DNA from: an uncultured virus (IMG/VR IMGVR_UViG_3300013119_000533)
Lineage: Duplodnaviria; Heunggongvirae; Uroviricota; Caudoviricetes
Reading direction: 5' to 3' (one strand)
Virus record (IMG/VR): IMGVR_UViG_3300013119_000533
Span: 1 to 64,000 of that record
Length of the DNA: 64,000 nt
This document shows, in pieces, positions 38,216-48,103 of the stretch (within the stretch, counting starts at the first letter, position 1; every line of letters begins with the position of its first letter). Under the pieces are notes generated by a model. The model worked only from the letters and a program-made list of their open reading frames with translations. It was not told the origin of the DNA and searched no databases. The position numbers were made by a program, and so were the translations under genes.

Positions 38216-39020
38216 TCTCTAACTCCCGTACTAACCCTTGAATTTTTAGTACCTCGGTAATCATAACGTCGTCCACTTCCATGTCCTTATATGACTCTAG
38301 CTTCAGCATGATTTCTCCGTATTTACCCTTCAAATCCTCAGATTTGAGAACCGTACTTGATTCAAAGTTCTTTAATTTTTCCTTCAATTCCGACACCTGG
38401 TCATTTAAGTATATCTTAAGTCCCAGCGAATTATCGGAAAAAGAAGCAATATAATTAGTCAACAATTCCTTTTGGTTGTCTGGGAGTTCTGAATATTTCT
38501 TATTAAAACTTTCCACAAATGTCTTATATGTCAAATTGTCGATGTGCTGCTTCTCTTCCTCCGTATTGGTGGTTGTTAGGGATTCGATCATCTTCTCCTC
38601 TAACAGCATCTTTTCCTTAATTGATGTTTTATCATTAAAGATATTATAAATCGTAGCAAGATTCTTATAGTTTGGTACAAAATTTCCAAATACTTCAGAA
38701 GATAATGTATAATTTATTTCCTTTATAAGTCTATTCTGACTCGAAAAAACATTCTGCTTTCCCAATGTTCCGTATCTCTGCTTCGCTTCACCCAACAAAC
38801 CAACTGCCGTTTCTCTATCCAAATTTTTCGATTCAAGAACTTCTTTATAGATTGAAAGTTCTTCATTCAAAATACTACCTTTAGAAAAATGCTCTTTTAT
38901 GATCTTCTTAACAAGAGACTGTCTAGCGGAATTCTTTTTTACAACCGATTTAACATACTCTCTGGTAAGTGCTTCAAATAAAAATGCAGTATTTCTCTTC
39001 TTGTTGTGTTTTAATCTCAT
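38208..39020 (-). CDS. hypothetical protein between portal and protease
   Basis: 270 aa, starts MRLKHNKKRNTAFLFEAL, helical; ATGA overlap with portal. Confidence 0.75.
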   Translation of the reverse strand: MRLKHNKKRNTAFLFEALTREYVKSVVKKNSARQSLVKKIIKEHFSKGSILNEELSIYKEVLESKNLDRETAVGLLGEAKQRYGTLGKQNVFSSQNRLIKEINYTLSSEVFGNFVPNYKNLATIYNIFNDKTSIKEKMLLEEKMIESLTTTNTEEEKQHIDNLTYKTFVESFNKKYSELPDNQKELLTNYIASFSDNSLGLKIYLNDQVSELKEKLKNFESSTVLKSEDLKGKYGEIMLKLESYKDMEVDDVMITEVLKIQGLVRELENA

Positions 39021-40966
39021 TTTTTGGTTTTCCTATTGTTTAGTTCTTCGATGAGGTCCGACACTTCCTTACTTCTCAAGAAGATCTTCTCCTCCTCTTT
39101 GATATAACTAGTAAGTTTAGACTCGGAAAGTCTCTGCTTATCTTCAGCAACGACGCCTCTAGATAAAGATTTTAACTTTTTATATCCAGGAACGGTCCTA
39201 TAAGACTGTGTGCGGCCGCCAGTATCTCTCTGGTCCCTCTCTCCTGTTTCGGATTTTGTAACATGTATCTTGCCCTTGGCACGTTTCCACTTTGCATCAG
39301 GAGTGTCTTCTCTTGATCCAGGTGCTGCCAATAGAGCACCAGCATCTTCACCACCCTCATCGCCTCCAAGATCTGCGCCCAAATCGTCGCCGCCTTCGAG
39401 TCCGCCAGTGGTATCAATTCCTTCGCCGCCTTCGCCGCCTGTGCCAAGGTCACCTCCGAGCATATCTTCCTCGCCACCAGCTGCGCCAGTGGCGTCTGCC
39501 TGGGCCTGTTCTGCAGCTGCCTCAAGGCGGGCGTCGAACTGCCTATCATAATACATCTGCCTCTGATTTTTGACAAACTCTTCCTCAGTCATGTTGAACA
39601 ATCGAGAAGCAATCCACTGTCGACTAAAGAAACCTTCCGTTGCAGTACTTGCAACGTCGAACTTGGTCTTCCAGTGCTCCAATTCCTGCAGTTCTGCAAT
39701 CTTAGATGGACTGTTGAGACTTAGTTTAAAATTAACAAGATCTTCGCCTCTGTACCCCAATGTATAAAGGTGAACAATTCCGATCTTTTCCAACTCTGTG
39801 ACGATGGACCTTTGCAGTCTCTGCACTGTTCTAGCAAATCTAATGTCTTTTTGTGCAAGAGTTGTTGCGTCTTCTCCACCTGCAGCATCGGCATTCGTGT
39901 TGGAGATATATGATCCAGGCACCTTCAAGGCAGAAAATAACTTATCCCTCAAATATTTAACGTCATCAATGTCTCCCGTATATGTACCACCTGGTAGACT
40001 TTCGACCTTCGAACTAGATCCAGCGCGGGTGGGGATGAAATAATCCTCATCAACAGACATTGGATTGTATCTAAGATCCACTCGTCCCGTATTAGCATCC
40101 ACAATTTGGTTTCGCTTCATCGAAGTCATAACTCGCTGCATGTATTGCTCGATGTCTTGAGGTGGAATGTTGCCCACATCAATATAAAATACTCTACGCT
40201 CTGGTGATCTGACTATTCGATATGCCATCATAGCATCTTCGAGAAGGGTCAGTTGTCTCCAAATACGTCGAGCAGGTTCGAGCACAGAAGTTCCATAAGG
40301 CGCATACTTGTCATTACCCAAGATACGGAAATGTCCTATTTGCCAATTTTCAAACGTCAATCCAGCGGAATTCCACTGAAACTGGCAATAGTTTGGATTA
40401 GTCTTATCTTCACCCTCTAGTCTTTCAAGTTCTTGCCCAGGAAGACCAATAACGCTCTTGATTCCAAGCGTTTCGTCAATATCCAAGTATAAGAAAAAGT
40501 CACCATACTTCACCATGGTTCTGCACCACCCAAAGATATTGTATTCAAGATTCATTATACTGAAATATAACGCTGACAAGATTCCCTTAATTTCCTCGTT
40601 GTTGCAATCGATTTTCATCAAAGGTTGTAATGCACTGTGGGTGGTCATCTCATCTGCATATATATCTAACGCAGATGCAATTTCAGGTGTGTATTCCATC
40701 TGATCGAAATCTACGCACCTTTCCAATCTATTCTGATTATTCTGAGCACTACCATACAATCCAGCAAATGGGTTGTAATCCATTCTCTTAAACTGTTTGC
40801 CACTCGTAGATAGGAACTTGTTGGCGTATTTGTCCAGCTGTCGCCTGCGTAATCTTCTTGCAGTTTGTGTTCTGTAGTTTACAATTGGCCCAGATAACAA
40901 TCTTGTCAGTTTTTTAAACAAACTATTCTGATCGTTCTTAGGGTTTATCTTTCTTCCGCCTGCCAT
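39017..40966 (-). CDS. portal protein (T4 gp20-like)
   Basis: PEIASALDIYADE, LLEDAMMAYRIVRSPERRVFYIDVGNIPP, EDYFIP, LPGG, DDVKYLRDKLFSALKVP; acidic Gly-rich tail. Confidence 0.95.
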   Translation of the reverse strand: MAGGRKINPKNDQNSLFKKLTRLLSGPIVNYRTQTARRLRRRQLDKYANKFLSTSGKQFKRMDYNPFAGLYGSAQNNQNRLERCVDFDQMEYTPEIASALDIYADEMTTHSALQPLMKIDCNNEEIKGILSALYFSIMNLEYNIFGWCRTMVKYGDFFLYLDIDETLGIKSVIGLPGQELERLEGEDKTNPNYCQFQWNSAGLTFENWQIGHFRILGNDKYAPYGTSVLEPARRIWRQLTLLEDAMMAYRIVRSPERRVFYIDVGNIPPQDIEQYMQRVMTSMKRNQIVDANTGRVDLRYNPMSVDEDYFIPTRAGSSSKVESLPGGTYTGDIDDVKYLRDKLFSALKVPGSYISNTNADAAGGEDATTLAQKDIRFARTVQRLQRSIVTELEKIGIVHLYTLGYRGEDLVNFKLSLNSPSKIAELQELEHWKTKFDVASTATEGFFSRQWIASRLFNMTEEEFVKNQRQMYYDRQFDARLEAAAEQAQADATGAAGGEEDMLGGDLGTGGEGGEGIDTTGGLEGGDDLGADLGGDEGGEDAGALLAAPGSREDTPDAKWKRAKGKIHVTKSETGERDQRDTGGRTQSYRTVPGYKKLKSLSRGVVAEDKQRLSESKLTSYIKEEEKIFLRSKEVSDLIEELNNRKTKK

Positions 40967-40971
40967 TATTT

Positions 40972-42558
40972 TTATCCTTTAAACAACCAAGGGAATTGCT
41001 CGTATGTCTGGTCGTGTTTTCTCTTTTTCTCGAAGACACTATCGCCATCATACCCGTGCATGCCCTTTATGGTTGTGTTCATATTAGTTTTTGCTGACAC
41101 CATTGTAGCAAGAAATGCCTTATTATATTCTATATTTCTCTTATTTTCAATCAAGGCCGTATCCCTAACCCAACAACCAATTGCGCATGCCATAATTAAG
41201 TCATCATTATAAGATCGCATAGCTTCTGGTCGTCCGTTATTCCAAATAAAAGTTTTCATCTCATTATATAAACGAGGCGAATTTATGGTAATTAGTCCAT
41301 TTCTTACAAATTCTTCCAACTTTGCCACAATCAAAGGTCTCGTTTTTTGACTGGTTGTGAATCCAGGCACTGCGTTGGTAGCTGCTTCGGCAGTAACTTG
41401 ATCGACATATTCGTGAGTTGACTTAATTGAGTGATATACATTAGGGTAATTCATATCTCTTAATTTGCCCAAAACAGCAAATCCAACCGTATTGTTTTCG
41501 ACCACGATCATGCAGTCTCCATACTCCCGTCCCGCATCAAAGAGTATTTTAGAAAACAGATCTGGAGTCACTCTTCCTTGATATTCCGCAACAATCTCCA
41601 TTGTGAGCGTATTGAATACGTGAAAAACCGAATAGTCCTTACCATCACCCCTTGCTACGTCAGCACTTAACAGATACGGTACGCCTGATTCAGCTTCTTT
41701 CCAAATCCAATAATTTCTATCGAACCCTGTCCTGTATTTTGGATCATGAACAAAATTCGATAACATCTTCATTTTATCTGGATGGAATACAGTTTCGCCC
41801 GACATATTAAAATTACACTCCAATTCCTGTGCAATCTGGCGGCGAGACATGTTCTTTGTCTCCTTATCGAACCATTCCTGATCCCTGTCAGGATGGACCT
41901 GCCATGGGAGTGTCATTGGCATAAAATCATTAGAGTTGGTCTCTGCATCGGTGAATGTCTTATGAAACCAGTTACCGACGCCATTAGGTGTAGACAGTGC
42001 TATACAGCGACCACCAGTTGAAAGAGTGGGGTATAAACCAGTCCACAACTCATCCAAACCCTCTACGTGCGCTGCTTCGTCTACAACCAACAAGGACAAT
42101 GCTTCTGAACGACCTGCATCGCCCGAAGTGGACGATGCTTTAATTTGCGATCCGTTAGTTAATTCAAACGAAGTTCTATTGTCGATCGATACATCCGAGA
42201 TACGGATCCATTCTGGACAATTTCGCAATATAGATTTCACCTTCTTTACAAGGTTTGCAGCGGTACCGAACTTAGTCGCTAACACTAAAACATTCTTTTC
42301 TTTGTGAAAGAGCATCAACCAAACAACATATGCCGCCGTTACCGTAGAAAGACCCAGCTGGCGTGCCTTCAAGACGATATTAAAGCGATTATCCTGAAAG
42401 TTCTTTAATGCGTCTTTCTGAAATGGGTAAGTCTTAAACGGTATAAGACCCTTAAGAGGGTGGGTGATCTTTGCATAATTTGTTATGAAATAGTCTGGGT
42501 CTCTCCCTGATTTAACTATTTCTCTCATGATCTCTTTCTTGGAGAGAACTTGCTTCAT
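40972..42558 (-). CDS. terminase large subunit (T4 gp17-like)
   Basis: KARQLGLST Walker A, LLVVDEAAH Walker B, LSTPNG, ADVARGDGKDYS nuclease, NDDLIMA. Confidence 0.95.
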   Translation of the reverse strand: MKQVLSKKEIMREIVKSGRDPDYFITNYAKITHPLKGLIPFKTYPFQKDALKNFQDNRFNIVLKARQLGLSTVTAAYVVWLMLFHKEKNVLVLATKFGTAANLVKKVKSILRNCPEWIRISDVSIDNRTSFELTNGSQIKASSTSGDAGRSEALSLLVVDEAAHVEGLDELWTGLYPTLSTGGRCIALSTPNGVGNWFHKTFTDAETNSNDFMPMTLPWQVHPDRDQEWFDKETKNMSRRQIAQELECNFNMSGETVFHPDKMKMLSNFVHDPKYRTGFDRNYWIWKEAESGVPYLLSADVARGDGKDYSVFHVFNTLTMEIVAEYQGRVTPDLFSKILFDAGREYGDCMIVVENNTVGFAVLGKLRDMNYPNVYHSIKSTHEYVDQVTAEAATNAVPGFTTSQKTRPLIVAKLEEFVRNGLITINSPRLYNEMKTFIWNNGRPEAMRSYNDDLIMACAIGCWVRDTALIENKRNIEYNKAFLATMVSAKTNMNTTIKGMHGYDGDSVFEKKRKHDQTYEQFPWLFKG

Positions 42559-42833
42559 TTAAGATCTAGTGCCTCACATGCTGCTTCAAAACTCTGCAAA
42601 CTAGATTCATTTGAACACTCCTCGGTCTCAAGGATCCAACAAAAGGCACCTGTGTCACCTTCCTCAAAACACTCATCTGTACATTTCTGTCCGTGATGGT
42701 CTGGGTTTTCTGGGTTGTGACAAACCCAAACGAGTTCGTTATATACCTCTTCCCGCTCAGGGTGTGCACACTCTACGTTAGAATCCAATTGACATGCCAT
42801 AAGAAAGGGAACTAAAACAAAAAGAAGTCTCAT
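42555..42833 (-). CDS. Cys-rich putative lipoprotein
   Basis: MRLLFVLVPFLMA-C lipobox-like signal; 8 Cys; acidic. Confidence 0.6.
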   Translation of the reverse strand: MRLLFVLVPFLMACQLDSNVECAHPEREEVYNELVWVCHNPENPDHHGQKCTDECFEEGDTGAFCWILETEECSNESSLQSFEAACEALDLK

Positions 42834-43381
42834 TACTTCCCCCTGTTGCTAAAACTGTACGCCTTGAAAGCCTCATATGGGTCAGACTTTCTCTTGTCGT
42901 TGGGTGTCTTCTTTGCTTCTGGCGTTGATGGGATGTCCAACCCTGGTCTATCAGGTTTTTGTTCTTCAATGCTACCAATCTTGAATTTTTGGACCGCTGT
43001 AACAAGAGTTCTCACTCTCGATACGGGTTGTACAAGAACATTTACTTCACCTTCAGAAGTAAGAGTGAGTCCGCTCTTAGTCAGAGACTTGTACTCTTTC
43101 TTGATGAATGTTGCGATATCGGAAATCTTACCAGACACGTCATTCTCCAAAGATCCACCATAAACTTCCTTAAGTTTAATTTCGCTTGAATAGGTGATAC
43201 ACAACTTGTTGCCTTCGAATTTAACCCCAAACCCATCAATAACTCTTGGATCCAGGATTGGGTCACCCTCTTCTCTCTTCAGTCCAATTTTGACTAGTTC
43301 GTCGTTTTCATCCAATGCTCCATCGTGCCCTTTTGCAAGGACTTGTGAAATACCATTAATAATTTCAAGTGTTGTTGCCAT
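42833..43381 (-). CDS. hypothetical protein
   Basis: 182-aa ORF with AAGGAG SD. Confidence 0.75.
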   Translation of the reverse strand: MATTLEIINGISQVLAKGHDGALDENDELVKIGLKREEGDPILDPRVIDGFGVKFEGNKLCITYSSEIKLKEVYGGSLENDVSGKISDIATFIKKEYKSLTKSGLTLTSEGEVNVLVQPVSRVRTLVTAVQKFKIGSIEEQKPDRPGLDIPSTPEAKKTPNDKRKSDPYEAFKAYSFSNRGK

Positions 43382-43769
43382 TTATTTGCTCCTTTGACGG
43401 ACGCCAACCAGATTCCCATCTTTCTTCTCTACCTTCGACCCACTGTATATAACAATCAAAACAACATTCAAATTTTGCCATGTACAGGTCGTCTTTAATA
43501 GAAAAAGAATAAGAACTACAGACTGGACATTCTCGTTCGTTTTCTTTACTAAGTAGTTTTTTGCTTATCAAAAATCCTTTGTACTTTTCTTTAGAGTTTT
43601 TGGCCTGTCTGAAGGCGATCCTTTTATAAAACTCCTTCACTTCTTCAGAGTGTTTCTTTTCCTTTTCTGGAGTCCAATATTTCTTGGGGTTTTCGATTGT
43701 CTCTTCACCCCAGCGCTTTTCAATCGCCTTCTCCAGTTTCACTACAAAGTGTGGATCCTTTTCACTCAT
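43365..43769 (-). CDS. hypothetical Zn-finger protein
   Basis: CPVC...CCFDC, VEGREERW..GWRP; start MSEKDPH at 43769 (TAATG overlap). Confidence 0.7.
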   Translation of the reverse strand: MSEKDPHFVVKLEKAIEKRWGEETIENPKKYWTPEKEKKHSEEVKEFYKRIAFRQAKNSKEKYKGFLISKKLLSKENERECPVCSSYSFSIKDDLYMAKFECCFDCYIQWVEGREERWESGWRPSKEQINGNNT

Positions 43770-44194
43770 TACTTCACCATGACAGACCAAATACTCAATA
43801 CCGTTGTGGCACCAATAACAAAACCACCTGCGGTCCAGAGGTACCAATAGTTATTCGGTTTCTCTAGTGCTACCTCTTCTAATCTCTTGATTTCTTCGTT
43901 TTTTATTTTCATCATAGAAAGATGCTCGCTGTGTACAGAGGCAACTCTCGCCTGTAAAATATCAAGATTAAGTTTATACCTTGCGCCCAGTTCTTCTGAT
44001 AGTTTATCCAACTTCAGTTTGCATCGCTCACCCTCTAGTTCCTTGTCGGCGACGATCTTTGCCATAGCAGTATCAGTGAGACACCACCCATCATATGGCG
44101 CGGGTTCACCTTCATAAATCCTCAAAACACTAGGTCCAGCAATAGCGGTAGACCCAAAACTAATCAAGGTCAGATAGATTAAAAAGTTTCTCAA
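43769..44194 (-). CDS. exported coiled-coil protein with C-terminal TM helix (spanin-like partner)
   Basis: Probable TTG start at 44194 (AGGGAG SD); signal peptide ending AIA-G; coiled coil; C-terminal hydrophobic helix; overlaps the 3' end of the upstream gene. Confidence 0.5.
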   Translation of the reverse strand: MRNFLIYLTLISFGSTAIAGPSVLRIYEGEPAPYDGWCLTDTAMAKIVADKELEGERCKLKLDKLSEELGARYKLNLDILQARVASVHSEHLSMMKIKNEEIKRLEEVALEKPNNYWYLWTAGGFVIGATTVLSIWSVMVK

Positions 44195-44546
44195 TTTTCT
44201 CCCTAACTGCATCCGGCTCTCCATTTGTCTCTTCAACAATTTTCTTAACTCTCTCTTTTTCTTTCTTTGATAGTGCTAAAGATTTCTGTGCGTACTTCTT
44301 CTCTAACTCTTCTATTGTAACATGATACTGTTTAACAAGTTTGTCTCTTTTTGATAATTCTTTCTTGTGGTTCTCTTTTAGAGAAACAATTTGTTTGTCA
44401 TAGGAATCCTTCTTAGCTTCAAGCACATCCATCGCTGCTTCGGCATTCTTTCTAGATATAGCCCAAACAATAATAGACCATATAACTAAAAAGGGAATCT
44501 TCCAGTTTTCCCTTAACCAGATCCATGCTAATTTTATGTGAAACAT
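44160..44546 (-). CDS. i-spanin (Rz)-like protein
   Basis: N-terminal TM helix followed by a long coiled coil; directly after the holin-like gene. Confidence 0.5.
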   Translation of the reverse strand: MFHIKLAWIWLRENWKIPFLVIWSIIVWAISRKNAEAAMDVLEAKKDSYDKQIVSLKENHKKELSKRDKLVKQYHVTIEELEKKYAQKSLALSKKEKERVKKIVEETNGEPDAVREKIEKLFNLSDLD

Positions 44547-44551
44547 TTTGG

Positions 44552-44752
44552 TTATTTCTTCTTACCGTGCTTCCATTGTGTTGCTAAATCAACTAAAGCC
44601 TGAGAACCAATATAGGCAAGAGTTACTGCTACCCAATCACTCGAAGTCACCGTACCGTAAACACACAAACTGGTTGCCGTAATCCAGGCAAGGAACTTGC
44701 GAGATATGAATCGCTCTGTATATTTGTCAGCAAATGATTTTAGTGCTGCCAT
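44552..44752 (-). CDS. holin-like small membrane protein
   Basis: SRKFLAW...two TM segments...AYIGSQALVD, basic C-terminus; start MAALK with AAGGAGG SD. Confidence 0.55.
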   Translation of the reverse strand: MAALKSFADKYTERFISRKFLAWITATSLCVYGTVTSSDWVAVTLAYIGSQALVDLATQWKHGKKK

Positions 44753-44765
44753 AATATTATCCTCC

Positions 44766-47700
44766 TTAGACGCTGACATGTGCAAATCCTCTTTTCTTGT
44801 CAATAACGATCTGCGTATCCACTGCGTCTTTAAGAGTATCTAGGTGCGAAATGAGTATAACGGTCTTAAAATATGACTTCACCATATCGATAATTCTTAC
44901 AAATCCCTCCATATTATCCTCATCTAAGGCGGTTCCTGGTTCGTCCAAAATGAAGATATCTGGCTTCGGAAGACTTGATACAGACAACAAAGATAACCTT
45001 ATGGCCATTGAAGCAATCGTCTTCTCGGCACCTGAACCCATCTCTAATGGTCTGGGTTCAAACTTGGGGTGTTTAATGAAAATATCCAACTTCTTTTCTT
45101 CGTTAAGAATAAACACTTCAAAGTCAACAATACCTGTTAAAATCTTTGCAATCTCATCATTGATGACTGGTAGTCTGTTCTTAATTACGTCGTAAGAAAT
45201 ACCATTTGTGTGGAAACATGTCATGAAAAGTTCGTACGCCGCAAACTCAGTTCGCAATGACTCCAACTCTTCCTTGTCTTCTTGCAAGTTCTTTATTTGC
45301 TGCTCTGCAGAACCCACCTCTCTGAAGAGATTGTTTGTCTCCTTTTGGCAAGACTTGCATTCTCTACTTGCCTTGCTGGCTTCTTTTTCTAGTCTTGTCT
45401 TTTCACTAATCAGTTCCTCCAGGTTCTCAATTGCTTCCCTGTTGTCTTCGTATTCTTTAAGTTTCAATTCCAGTTTTTCTAAAATCGTTTTTTGTTTAAA
45501 CAATTCACCCTTGTTCTTATCAACATTCAGCTGAGCGCTGGTAATATCTGACGACAGATTGTTTCTCTTCTCAATCAGTTGATCAAACTTCTCAACATAT
45601 TCCATCACCTTAAAAGGATCTAGGGATAAAGTATCCTCCCCCAACTTGTTGAGTTTAGCGCTAATGTCCCTCATTACGTTAGATTTAACCTTTACCAGTC
45701 CCGTAGCCTCGTGTGCATCTCTTATAAACTTGCACTCTGGAAAGGAATCTCCACAAGGAACTTCAGATAATAGATCCGTCTTTCTCATCAATCTAGATTT
45801 TTCGTTAGATCTTTTCTCAAGATCTTCCAACAAAACGTCGATTTGTTTCTGGTTTGCGTCTAACCGCTCTTTCTTTTCGTGATAAGTATCGATGTCAAAG
45901 TCCGAGATAAAGACTTCGATCTTTTGAAACTTGTCTTTGCCTTCCTCGATCTTAATAAGGAGTCCTTCTGTCTCTTTTTTAAGGCCCGAAATAGCATTAA
46001 TCCTGGTCTCTCTTTCCATTCTAATTTTGACGGGATCGATAATCTCTGTCGGTGCAGATTCAATCTTGTCCTGAATAATATTGACTTCCTTCTGGATGCT
46101 CTGGGTTTGTTCTTCCAGTTCTTTGCATCGTTTTTGATTTGTCGCAAGTCTCTCATTCTTTTCGACCAAGACTTGGTTTGCCTCTTCAATTTGTTGATCA
46201 AAATCATTTCCCTCCAATCTTCGCAACGCGCCTCTGGTGTCAGCAGATTCGTCTTTTGCCATTTTAAATTTTCTATCAAATACCTCTAAGTCTAAAAATT
46301 TAGCAAGTATTTCTTTTCTTTTTGTTGACCCCTCATTAATAAAAGTCAGAGAATCCAACTGAGATGCCATGGATGTCATCAAGAAATCTTCCAAGTTACC
46401 AAAATATTTTCTGATGTTCTTATCTGTATCTTGTCTAGATGTACCATTTAAACTTTCAACATTTCCAATTGCATCACTGGAATAGAAGTTCACATCTGTC
46501 TTAGCTTCTTCTGTCTCGATGCCTTTAAGTTTTTTAATGTACTTTTCAGACACACGTTCAATGCTCAACTCTTTATCGGCAATCTTAATTGTTGCCTTGG
46601 CAGATCCAACATCCATATTCTGATTGATCATGTTCAAATTTTTTCTGACAGATTTGGATGTAGAATTATATACAGCATACAACAAACTATCAATAATAGA
46701 AGACTTGCCTGAGAAGTTCTTTCCGAAAATGCCTACGATACCTTCAAGCTTTGCAAAGTCTATCTTATTGTTCGCACCATAATTGAAAAGACCATCCCAC
46801 TCCAGAGACTGCATACTCCAGTTGATGTTTCTATAAACCTCCTCTGTGTCTTCAATTGTCTTGTTTAATCTAGAATTAAGGGAGATGACCTTTTCCATAA
46901 CGTCATCTGTAACCTCATAATCCTCAAGATATTCTCTTATTAATTGATTTTGAACATTTATATTTCTCAAATCCTTTTGCTTGGATGCATCACTATCAAC
47001 ATCCAGTGCCTTACTTGCAGCACGATTTAAATAAGTTATACTCTCTGGTCTGTATTTAAACTTTGCGACGTCGACACTTCGTCGCATCACATCAAGCGAA
47101 ATATTCGAATCTGCTACCAAACGTAGTCTGGACCCTTCCGAAACATCAATTTCTGGTAGTGTACCGTCCTTGTTCAGTGCGACTGTAACAAATGGTTTTG
47201 GATTTTTGAACGTTATTAACTTACAAGTAAAGTCATCCTTGTTCTCAATATCCCACAACAAATACCCTTTGTCCAGTGTTTCTCCGAAGTTTTGTTGGAC
47301 TGTTGATCCAGCATATCGTATACGCCCCTGAGTGTCTAGGATTTGCGTCTTGTGGATATCGCCAAGAAAAGCAAAGTCAAACTTATTAAAGATGCTAATA
47401 TCATGATCACCTCCCAGGGTCCAATTCAAATCTGTCTTGGACCTGTCAATGGCACCGTGATAAAGTGCAATATTAACTATATCTTCATTTGTTGGATCAA
47501 TCCAATTTTCTTCATCGAACACCGATAAAACATTCAAGCAAAACCCGCCTTCTAAGCGATGTTCTTGAGCGTCTTTGAGTAACACTATACGTTCGTTGTT
47601 TAACGCCTTCACAATGGGCGATATCGCATCCTGACGACTACTATTTTTCAGGTTTCCGTCGTGGTTTCCCAAAATTATATAAGTTGGTGCGATTTTAGCA

Positions 47701-47900
47701 AGATTTTCAAAGAAATCTCTTGCCATGTCAACAAACTCTGGAGATATCTGCGTCTTGGTGTGTGCAATATCTCCACAATGAATAATATAGTCCACCTTCT
47801 CTTTTTTCAGAGAATCATATAATTGCTTAAATACTTCATTATATTCAAAGTGGAACTTAAGGTTGCGGATATGTGTATCCGCAATGTGAGCAAACTTCAT
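44766..47900 (-). CDS. fused Mre11/SbcD nuclease - Rad50/SbcC ATPase (gp47-gp46-like)
   Basis: Phosphoesterase motifs ADTH, GD, GNHD, HG, GDIH; Walker A GKNFSGKSS; coiled coil; signature GSGAEK; Walker B FILDEP; ISH. Confidence 0.92.
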   Translation of the reverse strand: MKFAHIADTHIRNLKFHFEYNEVFKQLYDSLKKEKVDYIIHCGDIAHTKTQISPEFVDMARDFFENLAKIAPTYIILGNHDGNLKNSSRQDAISPIVKALNNERIVLLKDAQEHRLEGGFCLNVLSVFDEENWIDPTNEDIVNIALYHGAIDRSKTDLNWTLGGDHDISIFNKFDFAFLGDIHKTQILDTQGRIRYAGSTVQQNFGETLDKGYLLWDIENKDDFTCKLITFKNPKPFVTVALNKDGTLPEIDVSEGSRLRLVADSNISLDVMRRSVDVAKFKYRPESITYLNRAASKALDVDSDASKQKDLRNINVQNQLIREYLEDYEVTDDVMEKVISLNSRLNKTIEDTEEVYRNINWSMQSLEWDGLFNYGANNKIDFAKLEGIVGIFGKNFSGKSSIIDSLLYAVYNSTSKSVRKNLNMINQNMDVGSAKATIKIADKELSIERVSEKYIKKLKGIETEEAKTDVNFYSSDAIGNVESLNGTSRQDTDKNIRKYFGNLEDFLMTSMASQLDSLTFINEGSTKRKEILAKFLDLEVFDRKFKMAKDESADTRGALRRLEGNDFDQQIEEANQVLVEKNERLATNQKRCKELEEQTQSIQKEVNIIQDKIESAPTEIIDPVKIRMERETRINAISGLKKETEGLLIKIEEGKDKFQKIEVFISDFDIDTYHEKKERLDANQKQIDVLLEDLEKRSNEKSRLMRKTDLLSEVPCGDSFPECKFIRDAHEATGLVKVKSNVMRDISAKLNKLGEDTLSLDPFKVMEYVEKFDQLIEKRNNLSSDITSAQLNVDKNKGELFKQKTILEKLELKLKEYEDNREAIENLEELISEKTRLEKEASKASRECKSCQKETNNLFREVGSAEQQIKNLQEDKEELESLRTEFAAYELFMTCFHTNGISYDVIKNRLPVINDEIAKILTGIVDFEVFILNEEKKLDIFIKHPKFEPRPLEMGSGAEKTIASMAIRLSLLSVSSLPKPDIFILDEPGTALDEDNMEGFVRIIDMVKSYFKTVILISHLDTLKDAVDTQIVIDKKRGFAHVSV

Positions 47901-47911
47901 CTAAACTCCGA

Positions 47912-48100
47912 TTAAATGTTTACGTTTTCGTTAATGTGGGTGAATAGTCTCTCTAAGAAGTTGATCTTCTGATTTTCGTTTAATTTTTCAAACTGTTTAA
48001 TTGTTTCTTCCGCCATGGAAAAACCTTCAGCACTAGTATCGAAGGATCTCTCGATCTCCTCGCTAATTAATGATTTTAACTTTTTCTTATCAATAAGCAT
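47912..48100 (-). CDS. small hypothetical protein
   Basis: 62 aa; GGAGG SD; LKSLISEEI. Confidence 0.6.
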   Translation of the reverse strand: MLIDKKKLKSLISEEIERSFDTSAEGFSMAEETIKQFEKLNENQKINFLERLFTHINENVNI

Positions 48101-48103
48101 AAT

